Assembly (NCBI GenBank): GCA_018812925.1
Contig: JAHJCU010000008.1
Coordinates: 70,744 to 134,743, forward strand
Direction: 5' to 3'
Source of the DNA: Candidatus Omnitrophota bacterium
Lineage (GTDB): Bacteria; CAIJMQ01
Length of the DNA stretch: 64,000 nucleotides
A program made the position numbers and the translations under genes. This document shows, piece by piece, positions 17,878-25,535 of this stretch. Positions within the stretch are counted from its first letter, which is position 1; every line of letters starts with the position of its first letter. Under the pieces are notes generated by a model. The model had not been told where the DNA came from and made no database searches. It saw nothing but the letters and a program-made list of their open reading frames with translations.

Positions 17878-19590
17878 CTAATGAGAAGAATTCTGGACTT
17901 CTTTTTTCTTCAGTTTTCCATAATAAGAATGTGCAAATCTATGTGCTTCGTCACGGACACGCGCAAGAAAACGGAAAGATTCCATGCGAGGATTTAAGAT
18001 TATCATTCTGGAAGAATAAGATAAGTGAATTTTGTTCTCACCTCTTGACCCGTATAGACCTGCCCGCTTCGCAGCAGGCGGGAATCCATTTCTAACGGGT
18101 TTAGCTATTCCTACAATTGGCATATTCTCTATGCCTAACTCGTTGAAAACTTGTTTGGCAATGTTAACTTGTCCTTTACCTCCATCTACGAGGACTAAAT
18201 CAGGCAATTTAGTTTTTTCGTTAAGTATTCGCTTATATCTTCTTTCAATTATTTCCCCCATCATCATATAATCATCCGACGTATCAATGCTTTTAATTTT
18301 GAATTTTCTCCATTCATTTTTCTTGGGAGAACCCTTCTCAAAGACAACTACGCTTCCGACCGCATTCTTCCCCATTATATTTGAAATATCTATTCCTTCT
18401 ATTCTAAAAGGAACCGAAGGAAGATTTAATCTCTCTTTAAGGTCTGTAAGCATATTTATGGGTTCAGATTTTAATGAGAATCCCTCCATTAATTTATATT
18501 GCGCATTATCGCTTGCCATCTTGAGCAATCTCTTCTTATCACCCCTTTGGGGAACGGAAATCTTTACGGTTTTGCCTTTGGTTTTTTTCAGCCATTTTTC
18601 CAAAAGATTCTTTTCTTTCAGAATAACCGGAACAAATATTTCATCGGGAATACCTGCCCGACAATATTCAGCAGGCGGGAGAGAACTCAATGAATAATAT
18701 TGTTCTATGAAAGATAGAACAGCTTCTTCTATTTTAGAATCTATTATCACTATCAAGTTGAATTTTTCCTGCGCCGATAATTTCCCATTTCGCACCTTAA
18801 ATAAAACAATTAAAGCTTTATTTTTAGATCTCGCATAACCTATGAAATCCTGATTTTGTCCGTCTAATTTCGAAATTGTTTGAAGGGAAAACATTTTATG
18901 GATTGATTCTATTTGGTCTCTAAATTTTGCGGATTTTTCATACTCTTTAGATGCGCTCGCCTCATTCATTCTATTTTTAAGGTAAGAAAGCAACTTTTGG
19001 GTTTCCCCCGAAAGAAACATAGAAACATTTTCAATCATTTCCATATAATCTTCTTTTGAAACCTTACCCGTGCAGGGACCTACACATCTTGCAATATGAT
19101 AATTAAGACAGGGTTTGCCGTCTATTTTGGTTTTCTTACAAGTCTTAAAAATAAAAGTCTTTCGCAGCAGCAATAGAGTCTTTCTTAAAGATTTTGCATC
19201 GGTGTATGGACCAAAATATTTTGCTTTTCCATCCTCCAGGTCACGCGTTATATAAACCGTCGGAAACTGTTCTTCCCGAGCTATCTTTATATAAGGATAA
19301 CTTTTATCATCTCTCAACATTATGTTGTATCTGGGTTTGTGTTCTTTGATTAGATTGCATTCAAGTATCAATGCTTCAACTGCAGATTGAGTAATGAGGT
19401 AATCTATTGATACTGTTTTTTTTGTTAAGACAGCGTCCTTGCCGAAAAAATCGGGATTTTGAAAATGCGACTTTACTCTGTTTCTTATATTCCCTGCTTT
19501 GCCTATATAGAGATAATTGCCGTTTCTATCTTTGAAAATATAAACGCCGGCAGAAGTCGGAAGTGCGTTTACCTTTTCTCTAATTTCCAT
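17878..19590 (-). CDS. uvrC: excinuclease ABC subunit C (apparently lacks the C-terminal HhH2 domain)
   Basis: GIY-YIG N-terminus GVYIFKDRNGNYLYIGKAGNIRNRV, a UVR domain, and the endonuclease region LVDGGKGQ...RDEAHRFA. The ORF ends about 25 aa later. Confidence 0.9.
   Translation of the reverse strand: MEIREKVNALPTSAGVYIFKDRNGNYLYIGKAGNIRNRVKSHFQNPDFFGKDAVLTKKTVSIDYLITQSAVEALILECNLIKEHKPRYNIMLRDDKSYPYIKIAREEQFPTVYITRDLEDGKAKYFGPYTDAKSLRKTLLLLRKTFIFKTCKKTKIDGKPCLNYHIARCVGPCTGKVSKEDYMEMIENVSMFLSGETQKLLSYLKNRMNEASASKEYEKSAKFRDQIESIHKMFSLQTISKLDGQNQDFIGYARSKNKALIVLFKVRNGKLSAQEKFNLIVIIDSKIEEAVLSFIEQYYSLSSLPPAEYCRAGIPDEIFVPVILKEKNLLEKWLKKTKGKTVKISVPQRGDKKRLLKMASDNAQYKLMEGFSLKSEPINMLTDLKERLNLPSVPFRIEGIDISNIMGKNAVGSVVVFEKGSPKKNEWRKFKIKSIDTSDDYMMMGEIIERRYKRILNEKTKLPDLVLVDGGKGQVNIAKQVFNELGIENMPIVGIAKPVRNGFPPAAKRAGLYGSRGENKIHLSYSSRMIILNPRMESFRFLARVRDEAHRFAHSYYGKLKKKEVQNSSH
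18059..18082. repeat. GC-rich palindromic element inside uvrC, in-frame (encodes PPAAKRAG)
   Basis: cctgcccgcttcgcagcaggcggg. Coding strand reads CCG CCT GCT GCG AAG CGG GCA GGT. Confidence 0.85.
18653..18679. repeat. GC-rich palindromic element inside uvrC, in-frame (encodes PPAEYCRAG)
   Basis: cctgcccgacaatattcagcaggcggg. Coding strand reads CCG CCT GCT GAA TAT TGT CGG GCA GGT. Confidence 0.85.
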
Positions 19591-19672
19591 GTTTTGGTTA
19601 GCCAGTTTGCCAGTTAGTCGGTTTATCAGTTTAATAATTCACTATTAACTTGTTTACTCGTTAACCCGCTAA
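19591..19672. repeat. heptamer-periodic inverted array (GGTTAGC/CAGTTNN words versus NNAACTG/GCTAACT) between uvrC and murJ
   Basis: ttagcca gtttgcc agttagt cggttta tcagttt ... ttaactt gtttact cgttaac ccgctaa ct. Confidence 0.7.
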
Positions 19673-21196
19673 CTAAGTTTTTCTTGTTTTTAACCAATCC
19701 CACAGTTGCTGCATTTCTTTTACCTGGAAAACAAAACAAAAAGAAATATAAGACAATCCCCCGATAAGAATTATAAGAAATAAATTGAAAGATTTAAACA
19801 GATAACATACTACTCCCATCCCGACACTTGCCAAAAGAATGCGCAAGAAAGAATAAACTATCTCATTTGCATTAAAAGGTTCAATCTTTTTCTTAAGTAT
19901 GAAAAACAACATGAAGAAGGTAATTATTCCTGAAATAGATGTAGCCAAAGCTATTCCCCCCAATTTCATGGGGAAAATAAGAACGGCATTCAAAGCTATA
20001 TTCATAACTAAGGCAACAAAAGCAATTTTTGCAGGAGTTGCAGTATCTTTTAAGGCGAAAAAACAGGACTGTAATATTCTTTTAGCTCCGTAGGCAAATA
20101 AACCGATACTGTAAAAGAATAAAACGCTCGCAGTTATATTAGTAGCATAGGCATCAAATTTGCCGCTTTTAAATATAGTAGAAATAATCGGGTGAGCTAA
20201 AACCATAAAGCCAATCGATGCCGGAAGCATTACAAAAAATGTTGCGCGTAGTCCAAATGAAAGCGTATGCTTCAACTTATCATAATTATCTTCCAAAGCC
20301 TGCGTAGAAAATGTCGGCAGTATCGCCTGCGACAGCGCAGTGCTAAAAATACCCAAAGGGAAAAGAATCAAACGATACGCAAAATATAGTCCCGCCACTC
20401 CTCCTTCGCCTACAATAGCCAAAGAACCAAATATCGTGTCCACGAAATTGTTTAATTGATAAACACCCGAACTTAAGACCCGTGGAACCATCAGTTTGCC
20501 GATAGTTTTAGCCGCTGGGTGATTGAAATTGTGAGGAAATTTTAAACGAAAGCCCTTTTTATAAAGAATAGGAATTTGGAAAAAAAGTTGTAAAGCGCCG
20601 CCGACAAGAACGCCCAGCGACAAACCTTTGATATTCTCTCCAAAAATAAGGGCAAAGATAATTATCGAAATATTCAAAAGACACGGCGCAAATGCAGGGA
20701 TAGAAAAATGTTTCAGAGAATTAAGAACTGCCATAGCATAAGCCGCTAATCCAACCAAAATAATATACGGAAATATAATGCGGGTTAAGGTAATAGTGGT
20801 TTGTAATTTATATGGGTCGGCAGTAAAACCCGGCGCTATAAGCCGCACGATAACGGGAGAAAATACTATCCCCAGAAACGTAATTAAAGTCAGGGCTACC
20901 AAAAGCAGATTTAAAACAACATTTGCCAATTGCCAGAATTCTTCTTTGGAATGTTTTACGGTATATTCGCTGAATACGGGGACAATCGCGGCATTGGCAG
21001 CGCCCTCGCCGACAAAATCTCTGAACAAATTGGGGATTTTAAAAGCAATGACGAAAGCTTGAGCGTATACGCCTACGCCAAATAATTTAGCAATAATAAC
21101 ATCGCGGATAAAACCCAATATGCGTGATATAAAAGTCGCAAAACTTATAATGCCTGCTGATTTAGTAACAGCTTTGTTTATTGAAGTGGTTTTCAT
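19673..21196 (-). CDS. murJ: lipid II flippase MurJ (MviN family)
   Basis: 507 aa, about 14 TM helices. N-terminal GIISFATFISRILGFIRDVIIAKLFG is typical of MurJ. Confidence 0.9.
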   Translation of the reverse strand: MKTTSINKAVTKSAGIISFATFISRILGFIRDVIIAKLFGVGVYAQAFVIAFKIPNLFRDFVGEGAANAAIVPVFSEYTVKHSKEEFWQLANVVLNLLLVALTLITFLGIVFSPVIVRLIAPGFTADPYKLQTTITLTRIIFPYIILVGLAAYAMAVLNSLKHFSIPAFAPCLLNISIIIFALIFGENIKGLSLGVLVGGALQLFFQIPILYKKGFRLKFPHNFNHPAAKTIGKLMVPRVLSSGVYQLNNFVDTIFGSLAIVGEGGVAGLYFAYRLILFPLGIFSTALSQAILPTFSTQALEDNYDKLKHTLSFGLRATFFVMLPASIGFMVLAHPIISTIFKSGKFDAYATNITASVLFFYSIGLFAYGAKRILQSCFFALKDTATPAKIAFVALVMNIALNAVLIFPMKLGGIALATSISGIITFFMLFFILKKKIEPFNANEIVYSFLRILLASVGMGVVCYLFKSFNLFLIILIGGLSYISFCFVFQVKEMQQLWDWLKTRKT

Positions 21197-21347
21197 AGGG
21201 TTCGATTATTATGCTAACATATCTATTGTTCTGTCTCAATATATCATATATCCAGAAATTGTCTTTGACAAAGCCCCATTAGAAATAAAGCTATGACATT
21301 AAATCGCTTATGGAAAAATATAGTACAAATAAGAATTGAAAATCCCC

Positions 21348-21362
21348 AAATTTCTAACGGGG
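21348..21362 (+). promoter_or_regulatory. 15-mer AAATTTCTAACGGGG upstream of mtnA (identical 15-mer upstream of cysE)
   Basis: Exact match to the complement of 46610-46624. Lies 38 nt before the mtnA ATG. Confidence 0.4.
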
Positions 21363-21400
21363 TAAATTTATGATAAAATGTGAAACTTGGAGAAACTAAA

Positions 21401-22435
21401 ATGCCTTCTACCCCAATAGAATGGAAAAATAATAAGGTCAAAATAATCGACCAGAGCCTACTACCCAACAAGCTCAATTACATCTACATCGAAACCTGTG
21501 AAGAAATGTTCGATGCGATAAAAAACTTAAAAATAAGGGGTGCGCCTGCTCTAGGCATAGCTGCGGCTTTTGGGCTGTATTTGGGAATCAAAGATTTTAA
21601 AACAACAAGTTTTAAACGGTTTGAAAAGAAACTGAACGAAGTCATAAAACACTTAAGCAATTGTCGCCCTACCGCACGCAATTTGTTTTGGGCTCTTGAA
21701 AAACTCAAAGATAAAGTCGACCAGTTGAAAAAATATCCGATAAACAGCATAAAAGGCGCTCTTTTAGAAGAAACGCTTAAGATACAAATGGAAGACAATA
21801 AAACCTGCCAGCTCATCGGAGAAAAAGGCGCCAATCTCATAAAAGACGGCGATACGATCCTTACTCATTGTAATGCCGGCGGACTTGCCACATCCGGTTA
21901 CGGAACAGCATTGGCAGTAATATTTAAAGCCAAAGAACAGGGCAAAAAAATAAAAGTGTATGTTGGCGAAACAAGACCTTTGCTTCAAGGAGCAAGACTC
22001 ACCTGTTGGGAACTTCTTCAAGAAAAAATCGATGTTACTCTTATATGCGACAGTATGGCAGGTGAAGTAATGAAAGAAGAAAAAATAAAGAAAGTTATAG
22101 TAGGAGCCGACAGAATAGCTCTAAACGGCGATGTTGCCAACAAAATAGGCACTTATTCGCTCGCTGTTTTAGCCAGTTTTCACAATATCCCCTTTTATGT
22201 CGCTGCGCCTATATCGACTTTTGACCCCAAAATAAGAAAGGGAGAAGACATACCAATTGAACAAAGAGAAGCAGGCGAAATAGAAAATTTTGCAGGCAAA
22301 AGAACCGCCCCTGAAGGCGTTAAAGTTTATAATCCGGCTTTTGATGTTGTGCCGAATTCCTTGATTACTTGCATAATAACCGAGAAAAAATTAGTTTATC
22401 CTTCTTACAGGAAGAATATAAAAAAGGTGTTATAA
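21401..22435 (+). CDS. mtnA: S-methyl-5-thioribose-1-phosphate isomerase (eIF-2B alpha/beta/delta family)
   Basis: RGAPALGIAAAFG and VGADRIALNGDVANKIGTY motifs. The ATG at 21401 follows GGAGA. Confidence 0.85.
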   Translation: MPSTPIEWKNNKVKIIDQSLLPNKLNYIYIETCEEMFDAIKNLKIRGAPALGIAAAFGLYLGIKDFKTTSFKRFEKKLNEVIKHLSNCRPTARNLFWALEKLKDKVDQLKKYPINSIKGALLEETLKIQMEDNKTCQLIGEKGANLIKDGDTILTHCNAGGLATSGYGTALAVIFKAKEQGKKIKVYVGETRPLLQGARLTCWELLQEKIDVTLICDSMAGEVMKEEKIKKVIVGADRIALNGDVANKIGTYSLAVLASFHNIPFYVAAPISTFDPKIRKGEDIPIEQREAGEIENFAGKRTAPEGVKVYNPAFDVVPNSLITCIITEKKLVYPSYRKNIKKVL

Positions 22436-22454
22436 AAGCTTAGTAAGGAATAAA

Positions 22455-22985
22455 ATGTTAAAGAGAATTTTAAAATCCAAAACAGGTTTTACTCTCACCG
22501 AATTATTATTAGTAACTTCTATATTGGGAGCTGTATCTCCGGCCGCATACATCGGAGTAAAAAACAAAGCATACGAAATCAGTTGCATGAACAACTTAAA
22601 ACAAATCGGCACAACACTTCAAATGTTCGAATTGGAACAAGGGAAATTACCCGATGCGAAGTTTTTCCCGAACAATCCCAACACCGACCCAAGAAGCATT
22701 AAAGTCATCCTCAAAAATTACGGCATGCCCAATGAAATATTTATTTGTCCGACTGCCCCCCAGCAATTGAAAGATTTGGGATTGACTTATTTATGGAACG
22801 ACGAAGTAAACGGGAAAAGCTTATATTCTATTGACAATCCTTCGCAAACATGGTTAATGGTAGACATGACTGCTGCCTACGAAGAAGCAACATCCCATAG
22901 AAACGGATACAATATACTTTATGCAAATTTTCAGGTAAACTGGAGTGCTTCTCCTCCTTTTAACCCTAAAACCGTGGAGAAATAA
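22455..22985 (+). CDS. prepilin-type N-terminal cleavage/methylation domain protein (pseudopilin-like)
   Basis: KTGFTLTELLLV N-terminal motif and a C-terminal SHRNGYNILYANFQVNW, as seen in DUF1559-type proteins. Confidence 0.75.
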   Translation: MLKRILKSKTGFTLTELLLVTSILGAVSPAAYIGVKNKAYEISCMNNLKQIGTTLQMFELEQGKLPDAKFFPNNPNTDPRSIKVILKNYGMPNEIFICPTAPQQLKDLGLTYLWNDEVNGKSLYSIDNPSQTWLMVDMTAAYEEATSHRNGYNILYANFQVNWSASPPFNPKTVEK

Positions 22986-22986
22986 A

Positions 22987-24285
22987 ATGATTAAAAGATA
23001 TACTTTTAAAGAAATGGGAGATATCTGGGATGAAAAAAACAGATATGCAAAATGGCTGGAAGTGGAATTAGCGGCTTGCGATGAAATGCAAAAAGAAGGG
23101 CTGGTCCCAAAAGGGATTACAGAAAAGATAAAGAAAAAAGCAAAAGTAAATCTTGATATGATCCACGCTTTTGAAAAATCAAATAATCACGAAGTTATCG
23201 CCTTTCTAGATTCATTGGCAAAAATTGTAGGCGATGAAGCAAAATATATACATTTAGGTTTGACCTCTTCAGACATAATGGACACCGGACTTGCTCTGCA
23301 AATGAAAGATGCAAGTAAAATCATACTGAAAGATTTAGATGTTTTAATAACGATATTAAAAAAGCAGGCGTTGAAGCATAGAAATACCGTGATGATAGGA
23401 AGAACTCACGGCATCCACGCTCAACCAATAACATTGGGCTTAAAATTTGCGCTATGGTGGGAAGAAATAAAGAGAAACAGGCTAAGATTTGAAAATGCTA
23501 TGGAATCAATAAGTTACGGAAAAATTTCAGGCGCCGTGGGAACGTTTACTCATACTTCGCCAAAATTGGAAGAATCTACCCTAAATAAATTGGGCTTAAA
23601 ACCGGAGCCAATTGCCACGCAAGTTGTCCAAAGAGACAGACACGCCCAATTTCTCCTAACATTGGCTTTAATATCTTCATCAATAGAAAAATTCGCGTTA
23701 GAAATAAGACACCTGCAACGAACAGAAGTGCGCGAAGCCGAAGAACCTTTTGGTAAAACTCAAAAGGGCTCTTCAGCTATGCCTCATAAACGAAATCCGA
23801 TTCTTTGCGAAAGGATATGCGGTTTGGCAAGAATAATAAAATCAAACGGAATAGTATCTTTAGAAAATATTCCTCTGTGGCACGAAAGAGACATTTCGCA
23901 TTCTTCTGCAGAAAGAGTAATTATCCCGGATTCTTGTATTCTTATCGATTACATTCTGCAAAAATTTATCTTTGTAATTGAAAATTTATCTATATTCCCT
24001 GCAAGGATGAAACAGAATTTGGCGATAAGCGGAGGGCTCATTTACTCGCAGAAAATAGTTACGGCGCTCATAAATAAGGGGATGAATAGAGAAAAAGCAT
24101 ATAATGTAGTCCAAAAATATGCTTTGGAAAGTTACGACACAAAAAAAGATTTTAAATCCTTGATTTGTAAAGACAAAGAAATAAACAAACGCATAAGTAA
24201 AAAAGAGTTAGATGTATGCTTTGATTTCTCATCTCTTCTTAAAAATGTAAACAAAATATTTCAAAGATTGGGCATTGAAAAATAG
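22987..24285 (+). CDS. purB: adenylosuccinate lyase
   Basis: MIKRYTFKEMGDIW start and the fumarate-lyase signature SSAMPHKRNP. Confidence 0.92.
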   Translation: MIKRYTFKEMGDIWDEKNRYAKWLEVELAACDEMQKEGLVPKGITEKIKKKAKVNLDMIHAFEKSNNHEVIAFLDSLAKIVGDEAKYIHLGLTSSDIMDTGLALQMKDASKIILKDLDVLITILKKQALKHRNTVMIGRTHGIHAQPITLGLKFALWWEEIKRNRLRFENAMESISYGKISGAVGTFTHTSPKLEESTLNKLGLKPEPIATQVVQRDRHAQFLLTLALISSSIEKFALEIRHLQRTEVREAEEPFGKTQKGSSAMPHKRNPILCERICGLARIIKSNGIVSLENIPLWHERDISHSSAERVIIPDSCILIDYILQKFIFVIENLSIFPARMKQNLAISGGLIYSQKIVTALINKGMNREKAYNVVQKYALESYDTKKDFKSLICKDKEINKRISKKELDVCFDFSSLLKNVNKIFQRLGIEK

Positions 24286-24300
24286 GCAAACAAATTTAAG

Positions 24301-24378
24301 TATCGTGATTGGTAACTGGTAAAGCGTAATTTTTTAAAATTACCATTTACGAATTACTATTTACGGATTACGGTTTTC
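24301..24378. repeat. GTAA/TTAC heptamer-periodic hairpin (the 'empty' version without the 65-nt element)
   Basis: ttggtaa ctggtaa agcgtaa tttttt aaaattac catttac gaattac tatttac ggattac. Confidence 0.85.
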
Positions 24379-24387
24379 ATAAAACAA

Positions 24388-25074
24388 ATGGATAATTTCG
24401 ACGATATTGTTAAAAATATAAAAACATGCACCAAGTGTCATCTCGCGAAAACCCGCACAAATGCCGTTCCTGGCGAAGGGGATAAACAAACAGAAATTAT
24501 CTTCATAGGCGAAGCGCCCGGACGCAATGAAGACATTCAGGCAAAGCCCTTCGTGGGACAAGCGGGAAAAATTCTCGATAATCTTCTCAGAGAAATCGGG
24601 CTTGATAGAAAAAAAGTATATATAACTAATATCGTGAAATGCCGTCCTCCCGAAAATCGCGACCCGCAACCGGAAGAAATCAACACCTGCATACCTCACT
24701 TATTTAAACAGATAGCAGCCATTAAACCAAAAGTTATATGCACATTGGGAAGATTTGCCTTTGCCGAAATTATGGAAAGAAAAGTATTTATTAGCTCCGA
24801 ACACGGCAGACCGTTTAAAACAGAACATGGGAACAGAATCGGTGAAGGAATAAATGTTTTCCCTCTTTATCATCCTGCTGCGACTTTGCACCAACCAAAC
24901 TTGATGAGTGCTTTAAAAGAAGATTTTGCAAAACTACAAAAATTCCTAACTTCTCCCCCACCCGAAGAAAAAGAAGTTCCAAAAGTAAAAGAAAATCCGC
25001 TTGCTTCTGTGTACAACAAAAAACAGACAAAAGACCAAATAGAGAAAAAAGATAAACAATTAGGACTTTTTTAA
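24388..25074 (+). CDS. uracil-DNA glycosylase, family 4
   Basis: CxxC..FIGEAPGRNEDIQAKPFVGQAGKIL and HPAA motifs, plus a K/E-rich C-terminal tail. Confidence 0.88.
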   Translation: MDNFDDIVKNIKTCTKCHLAKTRTNAVPGEGDKQTEIIFIGEAPGRNEDIQAKPFVGQAGKILDNLLREIGLDRKKVYITNIVKCRPPENRDPQPEEINTCIPHLFKQIAAIKPKVICTLGRFAFAEIMERKVFISSEHGRPFKTEHGNRIGEGINVFPLYHPAATLHQPNLMSALKEDFAKLQKFLTSPPPEEKEVPKVKENPLASVYNKKQTKDQIEKKDKQLGLF

Positions 25075-25158
25075 ATAGTAAAGCGTTTTTACATATTCTC
25101 TCCCTAACACCACATAAAAACCTCAAGCAAAAACCTCTAAATTAAGCTATAATATTAA

Positions 25159-25326
25159 CCGTAATTGGTAACTCGTAAAGCGCCCCGTGGAATCTAAAAG
25201 ATTCCCGGGACCAAAGTCCTTGAGATTGTTCATCAATCTCTAAGGGTAATTCGTAACTTTTTTTAATTACCAATTACCATTTACGGATTGCTGTTTACCA
25301 TTTTCGTAATTAGTAATTACGAAAAT
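25159..25326. repeat. GTAA/TTAC heptamer-periodic hairpin carrying the 65-nt element in its left arm
   Basis: cgtaattggtaactcgtaaagc [65 nt] gtaattcgtaac ttttttt aattaccaattaccatttacgg... Confidence 0.8.
25182..25246 (+). repeat. 65-nt three-hairpin element, copy 1
   Basis: GCCCC GT [GGAATCT AAA AGATTCC] C [GGGAC CAAA GTCC] TT [GAGATTG TTCAT CAATCTC] TAA GGG. Confidence 0.85.
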
Positions 25327-25399
25327 GCCGAGATAGCTCAGTTGGTAGAGCAGGGCATTCGTAATGCTCAGGTCGCCAGTTCGACTCTGGCTCTCGGCT
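25327..25399 (+). tRNA. tRNA-Thr (CGT)
   Basis: Hand-folded: GCCGAGA acceptor, anticodon loop TTCGTAA, T-loop TTCGACT. Confidence 0.93.
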
Positions 25400-25403
25400 C
25401 CCA

Positions 25404-25520
25404 AGCTAGAAATCAAAAAACGGATGCTAGATGCTTGATACTAGATACTCGTAGAAGCAAACGAAAATAATTTTATTAACGAGCATCCAGAATCTAGTAT
25501 CGAGAATCGAGTAATTCTGA
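25404..25520. repeat. CTAGAT-word palindromic repeat, copy A
   Basis: Shares tagatactcgtagaa..aataatttattaac.agcatc.agaatctag.atc with the copy at 37099 and arms with the copy at 34342. Confidence 0.8.
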
Positions 25521-25535
25521 ACAAAGTGAGGATAT

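Noticed and set aside
17778-18095. 105-aa plus-strand ORF
   Set aside because: It starts inside the 65-nt repeat and then runs antisense to uvrC. It has no coding features.
21343-21369. H-type pseudoknot (CCCC/GGGG plus AAATTT/AAATTT) as a small riboswitch upstream of mtnA
   Set aside because: The connecting loops would be 0-1 nt, which is sterically implausible. The sequence is more simply a copy of the CCCCGTTAGAA repeat arm.
25182-25246. The 65-nt cloverleaf-like element as a tRNA or tRNA-like gene
   Set aside because: Its arms are 7-8 bp with 3-5 nt loops. It has no 7-nt anticodon loop, no T-loop (TTCGA/GTTC) and no D-loop signatures. The closing stem is only 3-5 bp.
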